From Candidatus Latescibacterota bacterium (GTDB lineage Bacteria > Latescibacterota > UBA2968 > UBA8231), in the NCBI GenBank assembly GCA_965223905.1, contig CBDCXV010000009.1:224001-288000 (forward strand): 64,000 nt of DNA, written 5' to 3'. The notes beneath the pieces were generated by a model, which saw only the letters and a list, made by a program, of their open reading frames with translations, made no database searches and was not told the DNA's origin. The position numbers and the translations under genes were made by a program. Shown one piece after another: positions 1-10,067 of this stretch (position 1 is its first letter; each line of letters starts with the position of its first letter).

Positions 1-167
1 TCCCCTCCCTTCGGAGCCTGGGGGTTCACGTACTCGAAGTGGGTGAAACCGGGACCGTACTTGAGGTCGCCGTGCAGGGCGACGCCGTGGCCGGTGTAGT
101 TCTCAGCGGTCAGAGGGATAGCAGCGGCCAGCGTCCCGAGAACGGCTGTCAGTAATTTCATCTTCAT
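1..167 (-). CDS. Partial (5' end only) YejA-like ABC transporter extracellular solute-binding protein, runs off the window
   Basis: Manual reverse-strand translation MKMKLLTAVLGTLAAAIPLTAENYTGHGVALHGDLKYGPGFTHFEYVNPQAPKGG: signal peptide followed by the H-G-x-x-K-Y...F-x-H-F-x-Y-V-N-P-x-A-P-K-G-G N-terminus typical of YejA. Confidence 0.8.
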   Translation of the reverse strand, partial: MKMKLLTAVLGTLAAAIPLTAENYTGHGVALHGDLKYGPGFTHFEYVNPQAPKGG

Positions 168-198
168 CGTCGGTTTCTGTGCTGAGTGGGTGATGCGC

Positions 199-1065
199 CT
201 ACACCGGCATCTGGCGGCGCGTGTGTCTCCTGCCGATGGTGGCGGTCTCTTCGGAGGTGCTGATGATCCGCACCCCCTCGTCGATCGCCTCCCTGATGTT
301 TTCCTCGCCGGCGCCGTCGAGAAAGGCGAGGCCGTTGGCGTCGCAGGCCGCCTTCACCCGGTCGCGTATTTCCAGCATCTCGCCGGAAAACGGCTGGCTG
401 CGGATTATCTCACCGTGCGACCAGTGGTTGTCTCCCGGCCCCCATTCGGCAAATGCGATCCCCGGCACCTCGAGCGTCTCTTCGACGTTCTCCACCGCCC
501 TCCGGTTCTCGATCTTGAGGCCGAGCACCAGCTCCCCTTCCGGGTTGAGAGGCCAGAAATCGGCGAGGCGGAGGTACTCGTCCACCGGCACGCCCCAGAT
601 CGCCGCGGCCGAGCCCTGTCCGCCGTTGCCGCGCCGCCCCTGGCGGACCCGGTCCCGGGCCACCGTCTGGAAGGAGTAGCGGCACTCCTCGACGAGGGCG
701 GCGACCGCGCCGGGGGATTCGGCGTGGCAGAGCAGGATCCCGTGAACGCCGCGGTCGAGCACCTGCTCAAACACCCAGGCGTTGGCGCGCACCACCGCCT
801 CGCTCGATCCGTCCGGGGGAAGATCGGCGATCACCGCCGGCGTCGGATGGCCGCTACGCGCCGGGCCCGCCGCCTTCAGGCCTTTCATGAAACTGTCGAG
901 CCCGGGCAGGTCGAAGGTGCCGTGCTCCATGCTGACGTTGATGTAGTCGGCGTGGGTGCCGGCCATCTCCAGGCCGGCCTCGTAGCTGACGGCGCTGAAG
1001 CCGGTGTAGTAGACCGGCTGGTCCTGCTCCAGCAGCTCGATGACGCGGTTGATCCGCTTCGGCAT
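199..1065 (-). CDS. HpcH/HpaI aldolase/citrate lyase family protein
   Basis: MEHG, LKIEN and EWGPGD motifs; 288 aa. Confidence 0.8.
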   Translation of the reverse strand: MPKRINRVIELLEQDQPVYYTGFSAVSYEAGLEMAGTHADYINVSMEHGTFDLPGLDSFMKGLKAAGPARSGHPTPAVIADLPPDGSSEAVVRANAWVFEQVLDRGVHGILLCHAESPGAVAALVEECRYSFQTVARDRVRQGRRGNGGQGSAAAIWGVPVDEYLRLADFWPLNPEGELVLGLKIENRRAVENVEETLEVPGIAFAEWGPGDNHWSHGEIIRSQPFSGEMLEIRDRVKAACDANGLAFLDGAGEENIREAIDEGVRIISTSEETATIGRRHTRRQMPV

Positions 1066-1188
1066 GTTCAGCTCCTCGTATGGGACGGTGGTTGACGTAG
1101 GGCGGAAGCGGCCGCGGCGTCAACCTGGATGGCCCGCAGGGGCCGGCTTAGATTCCCGCCTCTTCCCAACGAAACCAGCGAGACATCC

Positions 1189-2145
1189 ATGAAAATCCTC
1201 GTGAATGCCGATCTCATCGACGTCGACTGCGCCCTCCTCGACAAGGTGCGCGCCGCAGCCGGCGACTTCGAAGTGATCGTGACCACGGACGCCGACCGCA
1301 TCGAGCAGGTGATCCCCGACGTCGAAGTCGTGCTTGGCGGAATCGGCCCCGGTCTCCTCCCCAAGGCCCCGAATCTGCGCTGGGTTCAGAGCCCGGCCGC
1401 CGGCGTCGACGCCGCTCTCTATCCCGAGTTCGCAGACAGCGAGGTGCTGCTGACCAGCGCCAAGGGGTTCGTCGGCGTGCACCTGGCCGAGCACGCCATG
1501 GGCCTGCTCCTCGCCGTGACCCGCGGCATCGGCTGGGCGGTGCGCGCCCTCGACTGGGAGGTGAAGTGGCCGATCCGCAACAGCTCCCTTGAGCTGTGGG
1601 GCCTGACCATGGGGATCGTCGGCCTCGGCGGAACCGGGCGCGAGCTGGCCAAAAGGGCGCGCGCCTTCGAAATGCGCGTGATCGCCGTCGACCCCGAAGC
1701 GGTCGACCTTCCCGGGGAGGTGGAGGCCTGCTGGAGAATGGACCGCTTCCACGACCTCCTCGAGCAGTCTGACGTCGTCGCCATCTGCGCCCCCCTGACG
1801 CCGGAGACCGCGGGCTTGTTCGACAGGGACGCCTTTCAACGGATGCGGCGCGGCGCCATCCTGGTGAACGTGACACGCGGCGGGATCATGGATGGTCCGG
1901 CGCTGATCGAGGCGTTGGAGCAGGGGTGGATCGGCGGCGCCGGGCTGGACGTCACCCCCGAAGAGCCATTGCCGCAGGACAACCCGCTGTGGCGGATGAA
2001 GAACGTCGTCATCACCCCGCATACCGCCGGGGCTTCCCCCAACCGCGACCGGCGTGCCGTAGAGCAGTTCTGCGAGAACCTGCGGCGCTACATCGCCGGG
2101 GAACGGCCGCTGATCGGCGAAATCGACAAGAGCAAGGGGTACTGA
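1189..2145 (+). CDS. D-2-hydroxyacid dehydrogenase
   Basis: GIVGLGGTG Rossmann motif, NVTRG, LDVTPEEP, ITPHTAG; start moved to ATG 1189. Confidence 0.9.
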   Translation: MKILVNADLIDVDCALLDKVRAAAGDFEVIVTTDADRIEQVIPDVEVVLGGIGPGLLPKAPNLRWVQSPAAGVDAALYPEFADSEVLLTSAKGFVGVHLAEHAMGLLLAVTRGIGWAVRALDWEVKWPIRNSSLELWGLTMGIVGLGGTGRELAKRARAFEMRVIAVDPEAVDLPGEVEACWRMDRFHDLLEQSDVVAICAPLTPETAGLFDRDAFQRMRRGAILVNVTRGGIMDGPALIEALEQGWIGGAGLDVTPEEPLPQDNPLWRMKNVVITPHTAGASPNRDRRAVEQFCENLRRYIAGERPLIGEIDKSKGY

Positions 2146-2153
2146 AGAGAACC

Positions 2154-2999
2154 ATGATCGGTACCGTCGCCATCTCGAGCCCTGGGGAGATGGGCCACGC
2201 CGTCGCCAAGGTCCTTGTCGACCGCGGCCTGCCGGTGATCGCCTGCTTGGAGGGCCGCAGCGAACGCTCGCGCGAGCGCGCCGCCGCGGCCGGCATCGAG
2301 GCGGTTCCCACCCTCGCCGAGGTCGCGCGGCGGGCCGGCATCTTCCTGTCCATCCTGCCGCCGGCGCACGCCCACGAGATGGCGCGGCAGGTCGCCGCCA
2401 CCGGCGAGCCGATCACCTACGTCGACTGCAACGCCGTCTCCCCGGAGACTGCGGTCGCCATCGGTGCCACCGCCGCGGCGGCCGGGCTCCCGTTCGTCGA
2501 CGCCGGTATCGTCGGCCCCCCTCCCCTGAAGGAAGGAGTCACCCGTTTCTACGCCTCCGGGGCGGTAGTCAACGAGTTCGCGGCGCTATCGCGGTACGGC
2601 CTCGACATCCGCGTGGTAGGGGACCGGATCGGCCAGGCCTCGGGCCTGAAGATGTGCTACGCCGCGCAGACGAAGGGACGCTACGCGATCTTCATCGAGT
2701 CCCTGGTGGCGGCCCATCGCCTCGGCTGTTTCGAGCTGCTCGTCGAAGAGCTCAAGTCGAGCCAGGCGGCGACCTGGGCCGACACCGGGAAGGCGGTCCC
2801 GAACATCCCTCCGAAAGCGGGCCGCTGGATCGCCGAGATGGAGGAGATCGCCGCCACCTTCTCAGGGGCCGGCATGACCGAACGGATCTTCCTCGGCGTC
2901 GCCGACATGTACCGCGCCGTCGACGGAGCCGGTCCGGACGACCTCGACGGACTCGAGATCGAGAAGCTGATCGCGCGCCTCGCCCGCGACATGCAATGA
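2154..2999 (+). CDS. NAD(P)-dependent oxidoreductase, 3-hydroxyisobutyrate/6PGD-like (DUF1932-type)
   Basis: SPGEMG, VDCNAVSP, VDAGIVGPPP, ASGLKMCYA and RWIAEMEEI motifs. Confidence 0.8.
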   Translation: MIGTVAISSPGEMGHAVAKVLVDRGLPVIACLEGRSERSRERAAAAGIEAVPTLAEVARRAGIFLSILPPAHAHEMARQVAATGEPITYVDCNAVSPETAVAIGATAAAAGLPFVDAGIVGPPPLKEGVTRFYASGAVVNEFAALSRYGLDIRVVGDRIGQASGLKMCYAAQTKGRYAIFIESLVAAHRLGCFELLVEELKSSQAATWADTGKAVPNIPPKAGRWIAEMEEIAATFSGAGMTERIFLGVADMYRAVDGAGPDDLDGLEIEKLIARLARDMQ

Positions 3000-3173
3000 G
3001 AGTGGGGGCAAGGGAGGGGCGGCTGGAGTGCAGGCGGACGAACCGCCGGCCACCGCATCTGCGAAGTCAGTGAAGAGCAAGTGCCTGAACGCTTCGAATC
3101 CAGCGTTGGATCGGCTGTCAGAAGGGAGAAACGGTGAAGGTGAGAACAGGGTTCCTTTACAAGAGACACCTTT

Positions 3174-3794
3174 TCAGCTCAAACCGGAGCATGCGCGGAT
3201 CAAGCTGTCGATCTCCCGATAGCACTTGTCGAAAGAATCGGCGTCCCGCGCCAGTTGCATATCGAACTGCTGTGCCATGGCCGGCTGGTCAGTAGTCTCC
3301 GCGTAAGGCTGGTGGGGAGGCATGTGCCGGCTGAGCCATTCCTTGGCGCCCCGGATCTCCTCGGGATCAGGTGGGGGTTCGAGATCGTCCGGTAGCCGGC
3401 AAACACCCCGCAATGACCTGGCTGCGGCGATGAACCAGGCCTCGAACTCCTTGCTTGCCAAAACGACAGAAACAATGAGGTCATTCCTCGCCATCTGACC
3501 TCGAAGCAGTAGGGCTGGTCCATCTTCCGCAGGGCAAGCATCGTCTGTGTCCGAGTCCAGCAGAATCAGAATGGCGCCATCGGGAGCAACGGAGCGTCCG
3601 GCGAATTCCACCTGACGCTCAAGCTCACCCGTTCGCACCAGACGCGACGCAGGCACTCGCAGTACTGGATTAATGCTGACATAGAGTGAGGGATCGACTT
3701 CTGCCGCAATTCGCCGCACAAGGATCGGAACAGCTTCTCTCTCCCCGTGACCGTCGACGATGAGAGCAATTTTAACGGGCGTCCGGCCTGTCAC
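3174..3794 (-). CDS. DUF4276-family / TOPRIM-like protein
   Basis: IVDGHGE...LLDSD...EFEAWFIA...DPEEIRGAK...SFDK pattern; overlaps the 3' end of the ATPase gene; start (GTG 3794) uncertain. Confidence 0.7.
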   Translation of the reverse strand: MTGRTPVKIALIVDGHGEREAVPILVRRIAAEVDPSLYVSINPVLRVPASRLVRTGELERQVEFAGRSVAPDGAILILLDSDTDDACPAEDGPALLLRGQMARNDLIVSVVLASKEFEAWFIAAARSLRGVCRLPDDLEPPPDPEEIRGAKEWLSRHMPPHQPYAETTDQPAMAQQFDMQLARDADSFDKCYREIDSLIRACSGLS

Positions 3795-4995
3795 CGAAGA
3801 GCCGTAGTTGCTGCGCGGGAGCGCGATCGATGCTTTCCAGATCGGGAACAAGCTGACCTTGACTGAGCAGTTCCCCGGCAGTGTAGAGGCGATCCCGCAA
3901 GGCTCCCCCTCCGATATCGTCGAGCGGACCGATTTTGGTCTCCCCGTTCACACTCGTGACGGCCAGAATGAATTCGGGGCCGATCGCCTTGTCGTCGAGG
4001 AGCTCCGGGCTGTGGCTGGTCACTGCTACCTGCGTACTGCTCGATGCCATCCTGAGTCCGTCGCGTAGAACGCTTGCCGCACCAGGGTGCACCGCGGCTT
4101 CAGGCTCTTCGAGCCCCACGAAGGGGACGCGAGACTTACCATGCGCAGAGGACTGGAAGAGGGCCGTCAGCACCCCCAGAGCCCGGAGGGTGCCGTCGGA
4201 CATGCTCTCGGCTGGAAAGCGCCAGCCAGCCTTGTTGCTCCCGACCTGCTGTCGAAATTCCAGGGTTTCCTTTTTGCCGACGCTTTTGGGGGTTACGTCG
4301 AAGACACCGTCGACGACTTTTTCGAGGAACTCCTTGACCTGCTCCCGCCCATCGCGGCTTTCTCGGGCCATGAGGCGCAGAACGCTGGCAAGGTTGCTTC
4401 CGTCCCGGCGCAATACCTCACCCGTGTCAGGTTGTTGAAGGTCCCGGATCGCCTCGGGATTCAGGTTGTAGAAGCCCATGTGTGAAAGGGAATCGTAGAG
4501 GGGCCAAAACGCGGGGAGTCCTGCGGCATTGACCAGGTAAAGGCGGTCCTTGCTCGCTGGCGGCATCGTGGAACCATCGGCCTCGACAACTGAACCCGAC
4601 TCAACCCGATAGCTGTTGGAAAAACCAGGACCGGGAGGGTGAATGCGGCACTCCTCTTCCTGGACCTCGAACGCACCTTCCTTGCGAGCTCCTACTCGAA
4701 ATGCAAAGAAGCCCGTGTTTCCCTGGGGTAACCGGAACTCCATTCGGATTCCGAAATGCGTAGGGTGGCCCGAAGAGCGACGGCGCACCTCGTTGATACC
4801 GCCTCGGTCGCGAAGGGCGTGGTCGAGGGAGGCGGTCAGGGATTCCGAGACGAGCCGGAGGGCGTCGAGGAAGTTGCTCTTTCCCGCTCCGTTCGGCCCG
4901 ACCAGGAAGGTCAATGGACCGAGGCGCACCTGGCAGGCGGCGATACTCTTGTAGTTGCGCAGGACAACGCGGCTGATGTAAACGGAATCAGGCAT
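3772..4995 (-). CDS. ABC-type (AAA_21/OLD-like) ATPase
   Basis: NYKS, Walker A GPNGAGKS, signature MSDGT, Walker B LEEPE, H-loop TSHS. Confidence 0.88.
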   Translation of the reverse strand: MPDSVYISRVVLRNYKSIAACQVRLGPLTFLVGPNGAGKSNFLDALRLVSESLTASLDHALRDRGGINEVRRRSSGHPTHFGIRMEFRLPQGNTGFFAFRVGARKEGAFEVQEEECRIHPPGPGFSNSYRVESGSVVEADGSTMPPASKDRLYLVNAAGLPAFWPLYDSLSHMGFYNLNPEAIRDLQQPDTGEVLRRDGSNLASVLRLMARESRDGREQVKEFLEKVVDGVFDVTPKSVGKKETLEFRQQVGSNKAGWRFPAESMSDGTLRALGVLTALFQSSAHGKSRVPFVGLEEPEAAVHPGAASVLRDGLRMASSSTQVAVTSHSPELLDDKAIGPEFILAVTSVNGETKIGPLDDIGGGALRDRLYTAGELLSQGQLVPDLESIDRAPAQQLRLFGDRPDAR

Positions 4996-5249
4996 CGTCG
5001 CCCCGCATGACCTTGTAGTACCGCTGGTCGAAGGCCAAGCTGCCGGGTGTCGGCCAGAATGGAAAATGTGGGGATCGCCCGAGATCATTCGGGGGTCCTC
5101 ATCTTCGGAAGGGGTATCGGCGTACTCCCGTCCCCGTCAAATTATAGGATGCGACCCAGTCCCCAACGGACGCAACCGACACGGCAAAACGGTGGAATGA
5201 GCAGCTGAGCAGCTGTTTTTTGCTGTTCACGTGGGGAACCGCCGCCCCC

Positions 5250-6245
5250 CTACCCCCGGATCACCACCTCCCTGCCACTGCGGGACGACTCCATGCAGGC
5301 CGTCATCACCGCCACCAGGTGGCGGGCGTAGTCGGCGGTAACCGGGGGCTCGGTTCCCGCATCGACCGCGGCGACGAACTCCTCGAGCTGCCGCGTCGTC
5401 ATGTCGTGGGTCCCGGGTACCTCGACCTTCTCCCAGCCCCCGCTCCCGTCCCTGCCGAGGTAGAGGTCGTCGTTGTTCGACTCGATTCCGTTGCGCAGCT
5501 GAATCATCCCCCCGGTGCACACGAACTCGGTGCTGAAGCGCCGTCCGCCGGTCTTCCACCACACGTGGATCAGCGTCGAGTACACGCCGTTCACGTACTG
5601 CAGCAGGGCCATGGCCACGTCGTCCGCGGAGAACTCGAAGAAGCGGCTGTCGACCAGCGCCTTGACCGAGACGACGCGGCTGCCCGTCCACCAGCAGGAG
5701 CGGTCGATCAGGTGGATGCCGTTCTGGTACCACAGTCCGCCGTGGGTCGCCTTGTCGAGGTACCAGGGCTGCCTGTTCGGGACGAACGGCCGGTAGCCCT
5801 CGTCGCAGAGACAGACGAGGTCGCCGAGGGCGCGCTCCTTCAGGAGTTCCTTCACGGCCATGTTCGCCGGATGGAAGCGGTGCATATGGCCGACGGAGAG
5901 CTGTTTCCCGGCCCTTTGCGCGGCGGAGATCATGGCGTCGCACTGCTCGACGCTGACCGCCATCGGCTTTTCGACGAGGACGTCCTTGCCGGCCTCCAAG
6001 GCGGCGACCGCGGCTTGGCAATGCAGGCCGTGCGGCAGGCAGACGATGGCGATGTCGACGTCGCCGCGGGCGAGCAGGTCTCCGTAGTCGGCATACCCCC
6101 GGCAACCGTGCGCATTGCAGGCCCCCGCCAGGCGTCCCGCGTCGGTGTCGGCGGCCGCCACCAACCGCGTCGATTCGAGCTCCGTCGCCGCCCGCATGTG
6201 GGCCTGGGCTATGCTGCCCGCCCCGATGATCCCGATTCCGTGCAT
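5250..6245 (-). CDS. Gfo/Idh/MocA family oxidoreductase
   Basis: GIIGAGSIA, VLVEKPMA, GIHLID. Confidence 0.9.
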   Translation of the reverse strand: MHGIGIIGAGSIAQAHMRAATELESTRLVAAADTDAGRLAGACNAHGCRGYADYGDLLARGDVDIAIVCLPHGLHCQAAVAALEAGKDVLVEKPMAVSVEQCDAMISAAQRAGKQLSVGHMHRFHPANMAVKELLKERALGDLVCLCDEGYRPFVPNRQPWYLDKATHGGLWYQNGIHLIDRSCWWTGSRVVSVKALVDSRFFEFSADDVAMALLQYVNGVYSTLIHVWWKTGGRRFSTEFVCTGGMIQLRNGIESNNDDLYLGRDGSGGWEKVEVPGTHDMTTRQLEEFVAAVDAGTEPPVTADYARHLVAVMTACMESSRSGREVVIRG

Positions 6246-6571
6246 TCCGATCCTCCCGTTGGAGTTGTCACCGGCCGGTTGCCAACGTAACCCCGCACGC
6301 TTCCGCCCTTCAAGCGTTCGGGCCGGGGCAAGTTCCTTTCCAGCTGCACCGTTCGGGTTGCCGGCCCTCGAGGGCGGTTGCCCCGCCCAGGCGGCAAGGC
6401 GACTTTCCCGGGCGCTCTTCAGGGACAACGTCGATGCCGGTGCATCCCGGCGCGACGGAACCTGCGGTGCGTCCGGTTCGGGGGCCGCCTCCCTGAATCC
6501 GGCCTGCGCCAACCTAATCCCCGCGCCGGGAGCGCGGCGACCTCGTTCACCCCCATGCAGGCAGGTCGAAC

Positions 6572-7402
6572 ATGAGCCAACCAACTTCGCAATCCCCACT
6601 CGGCGGCCAGGTCGCCGTCGTCACCGGTGCCGCCCAGGGCCTCGGCCTGGCAACCAGTCAACGCCTCGCCGCCGAAGGGGCTCACGTGATCCTCGCCGAC
6701 CTGCAGCTCGACAGGGCGGAAACCGAAGCGGCGCAGCTGCGCTCCTGCGGCCTCGCCGCCAGCGGCGCCGAGCTCGACGTCGGCGACAGCGCCGCGGTCG
6801 ACGCCTTCTTCTCCGAGGTGCGCTCGCGGCACGGCCGCGTCGACATCCTCGCCAACAGCGCCGGCGTCGGGCAGGACGTCTGCCCGGTCAGCGAGCTCGG
6901 CGACGAAGAGTGGGACCGCGTCCTCCGGGTCACCCTGACCGGCACCTTCCACTGCTGCCGCGCCGCCGCCCGCATCATGGAGGAGCAGGAGTCGGGCAGC
7001 ATCGTCAACTTCGCCTCGATCAACGGCCAGAACCCGGCCGCCCTGGTCAGCGCCTACAACGTCGCCAAGGCGGGGGTCATCAGCCTCACCCGGACCCTGG
7101 CGGTCGAGCTGGCCGCCTACGGGGTGCGCGTCAACGCGGTCGCTCCCGGGCCGGTGTACACCGCCTTCAACGAGCGCAACATGGCGATGCGCAGCGGCAG
7201 CCTGGGAATCTCCGAGGAGGAGATGATCGAGCGGGTGCGCCAGGCGATCCCGCTGGGGCGCTGGGGAGAGCCGGAGGACATCGCCCAGGCGGTGGCCTAC
7301 CTCTGCAGCCCCGACGCCGGCTGGATGACGGGTGAGGTCCTGCGCGTCAGCGGCGGTCTCGAAGGGGTGTCGGCGGCGCCCCCGAAAAGGGAGAAGGGGT
7401 GA
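6572..7402 (+). CDS. Short-chain dehydrogenase/reductase
   Basis: TGAAQGLG, NSAG, YNVAK, NAVAPG. Confidence 0.92.
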   Translation: MSQPTSQSPLGGQVAVVTGAAQGLGLATSQRLAAEGAHVILADLQLDRAETEAAQLRSCGLAASGAELDVGDSAAVDAFFSEVRSRHGRVDILANSAGVGQDVCPVSELGDEEWDRVLRVTLTGTFHCCRAAARIMEEQESGSIVNFASINGQNPAALVSAYNVAKAGVISLTRTLAVELAAYGVRVNAVAPGPVYTAFNERNMAMRSGSLGISEEEMIERVRQAIPLGRWGEPEDIAQAVAYLCSPDAGWMTGEVLRVSGGLEGVSAAPPKREKG

Positions 7403-7619
7403 GTGCCGAACCGTCCGGAGCCGGGGAATCTTCCGGATCGCGGGAACCGGCGCCGAGGTTCCATTCGCGGAGCCATCTCCGGTGTTCCGGGGGGAGAAAC
7501 CTGTCTCGCGGGGCTGCCTGGGCTCGCCGTGCATCCCCCGGGGAGCTGCGGCGACGCCATGACCCGGCAGCTCCGCAGCTGCGGGCCCGGGTGTCGCGAG
7601 AGCACCCGACGGGCCCTGA

Positions 7620-10055
7620 ATGTCACAGGGTGAACCTGCTCGCAGGCCCGTGAACGAACCTCCGCCGGCTTCCGCCCGCGGTTTTCTCCTGCACGTCTTT
7701 CACCGCACCCAGGGGCCGGCCACCGTCATCTTCGGAGTGGGCCGGCTCGAGTCCGGCGAGACCTTCGCCTTCGCCGACCACCGCGATCCGCCCGCCTTCT
7801 TCGTGCGCGCCGGGGATGCCGCGGCTGCCCGCGTCTGCGCCGGCAGCGACGATGCGGTCGAGCCCTGCGACTGGACGACGATGGACGGCGAGCCGGTGGT
7901 GCGCGTGCGCAGCCGCCGTCTCAACGGCCTGCGTCAGGTCGCCCGGCGTCTTCGCCGGGAGGAAGTCCGCACCTACGAGGCCGACGTAGGCCTGGGGCGC
8001 CGCTACCTCGCCGACCGCGGCATCGCCGGCCCGGTGGAGATCTCGGGGCCGTGGCGGCCCGGCACCGGGGTCGACCGCGTGTACGTAGACCCGGAGCTGC
8101 GGCCGGGGGACTGGGTGCCGGAGCTCTCCGTGCTCGCCCTCGACATCGAGACCACCCCGGACGCCTCCGAAGTCCTGGCCGCCTCGCTGGTCGGCAGCGG
8201 AACGGCCGGCGGCGTGGAAGAGGTCCATATCGCCGGCGCCCCGGCCGCGGGAGATCCCGGCTACCTTCGCTGCCACCACGGGGAGCGCGCCCTGCTGACT
8301 GCACTGGGCGACCGCATCCGCGAGCTCGACCCGGACGTGCTGACCGGGTGGAACCTCGTCGATTTCGACCTCACGGTGCTGCAGCGGCGCTTCCGCGCCC
8401 TGGCGCTCCCGTTCAACCTCGGGCGCAGCAGCGACTCCTCGTGGTACCAGGAGGGGGAGATCTGGGGCGGCAGCCGCATGGTCGTCCACGGCCGCCAGGT
8501 CCTCGACGCCCTGCACCTGGTGCGGGGGACGCTGCAGCGCTTCGACGACTACCGCCTCGAAACCGTGGCGCGCCAGGTCCTGGGGCGGGGCAAGCGGTTC
8601 GCGGGGGGCAGCGACGCCGGCGAGAGCATGCCGGAGGTCATCCTGCGGGCGTACCGCGAGGACCGGACCGCTTTCTGCGACTACTGCCTCGAGGACTCGC
8701 GGCTCGTGCGCGACATCCTCGAAGCGGAGGGGCTTATCGAGCTCACCCTGCGGCGCAGCGTCCTGACCGGGCTGCCGCTGGAGCGGGCCTGGGGCTCGGT
8801 GGCGGCGTTCGACTTCCTCTACATCAGCGAGCTGCACAGGCGCGGCAAGGTCGCCCCGACCAACGGCGTCGACCGCGCCGGTCTCGGGGGGGCTCCCGGC
8901 GGCCTGGTGATGCCGGCCTCCGCCGGCCTCTACCGCAACGTCTTCGTCTTCGATTTCAAGAGCCTGTACCCGACGATCATCCGCACCTTCAACATCGATC
9001 CGCTAGCCCACGTCGAGGCGCGCATCCGCGAAGGGGTCGCGGACGACGAGGTCATCACCGCTCCCAACGGGGCGCGCTTCGCGCGCGAGACGGGAATACT
9101 GCCGCGGTTGCTCGAGCGCTTCTTCGAGAGCCGCGACCGCGCCAAGGCCGCCGGAGACGAGCTGGCGTCGTTCGCCTACAAGATGGTGATGAACTCCTTC
9201 TACGGAGTGCTGGCGACCGAGTCCTGCCGGTTCGCCGAAGGGCAGCTCGCCGGCGCCATCACCGGGTTCGGGCATTACTTCCTGCGCTGGACCCGGGACC
9301 TGCTGCAGGAGAACGGCTGCCGCGTCCTCTACGGCGACACCGACTCCGTCTTCGTCGACGCGGGCCTACCGGAAGACATCGACCCTGCCGAGGGGATCGC
9401 GCGCGGCCGCGAGCTGTGCGCCTGGATCAACGGCCGTCTATCCGAGCATATCGAGGCGAAGCACGGGGTGCGGTCGGTCCTCGACCTGGAGTTCGAGAAG
9501 CTCTACCTGCGCTTCTTCCTGCCGCCGGTCCGCGACGGCGGCGACCGCGGCCGCGCCAAGGGGTACGCCGGGCTGCGGGCCGGGACCTCGGGGGCCGAAG
9601 AGGTCGAGATCGTCGGCATGGAAGCGGTGCGCCGCGACTGGACCGACCTGGCGCGCAACCTGCAGCGCCGGCTGCTGGCGCTGCTGTTCGGCGACGCCCC
9701 GGGGGAGCAGATCGAGGCGGAGGTAGGGGAGTGGATACGCTCCGCCCGGGCCGGGGAGCGGGACGGCGAGCTCGTCTACCCCAAGGCGCTGCGCAAACCG
9801 GTCGAGAGGTATACCAGCACGAGCCCGCCGCACGTGACCGCGGCCCGCATGCTGCCGAACCCTTCCGGGCTGATCGAGTACGTGATGACCGGTGACGGGC
9901 CGCAGCCGCTGGGGCGGGTCAGGGCGCCGCTGGACTACGAGCATTACGTCGAGAAGCAGATCGCCCCGATCGCGCGCACCATCGGACAGGTGTGCGACCT
10001 CGACGTCGAGGCCGCGGTCACCGGCACGCCGGACCTGTTCCGGTCGCTGAGGTAG
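7620..10055 (+). CDS. polB: DNA polymerase II (family B)
   Basis: Exonuclease motifs LDIET and GWNLVDFD; polymerase motifs DFKSLYPTII, KxxMNSFYG, YGDTDS; true start may be GTG 7650. Confidence 0.9.
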   Translation: MSQGEPARRPVNEPPPASARGFLLHVFHRTQGPATVIFGVGRLESGETFAFADHRDPPAFFVRAGDAAAARVCAGSDDAVEPCDWTTMDGEPVVRVRSRRLNGLRQVARRLRREEVRTYEADVGLGRRYLADRGIAGPVEISGPWRPGTGVDRVYVDPELRPGDWVPELSVLALDIETTPDASEVLAASLVGSGTAGGVEEVHIAGAPAAGDPGYLRCHHGERALLTALGDRIRELDPDVLTGWNLVDFDLTVLQRRFRALALPFNLGRSSDSSWYQEGEIWGGSRMVVHGRQVLDALHLVRGTLQRFDDYRLETVARQVLGRGKRFAGGSDAGESMPEVILRAYREDRTAFCDYCLEDSRLVRDILEAEGLIELTLRRSVLTGLPLERAWGSVAAFDFLYISELHRRGKVAPTNGVDRAGLGGAPGGLVMPASAGLYRNVFVFDFKSLYPTIIRTFNIDPLAHVEARIREGVADDEVITAPNGARFARETGILPRLLERFFESRDRAKAAGDELASFAYKMVMNSFYGVLATESCRFAEGQLAGAITGFGHYFLRWTRDLLQENGCRVLYGDTDSVFVDAGLPEDIDPAEGIARGRELCAWINGRLSEHIEAKHGVRSVLDLEFEKLYLRFFLPPVRDGGDRGRAKGYAGLRAGTSGAEEVEIVGMEAVRRDWTDLARNLQRRLLALLFGDAPGEQIEAEVGEWIRSARAGERDGELVYPKALRKPVERYTSTSPPHVTAARMLPNPSGLIEYVMTGDGPQPLGRVRAPLDYEHYVEKQIAPIARTIGQVCDLDVEAAVTGTPDLFRSLR

Positions 10056-10067
10056 CGGTTCCTGCCG

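Noticed and set aside
3086-3112. ttcgaatcc T-loop-like motif within a small hairpin next to the ATPase/DUF4276 insert
   Set aside because: No acceptor, D or anticodon arms; too short to call a tRNA remnant
7620-10055. polB as a mobile-element (pipolin/casposon/phage) polymerase
   Set aside because: Looks like cellular Pol II in host-like GC and a metabolic context, with no integrase or Cas1 nearby
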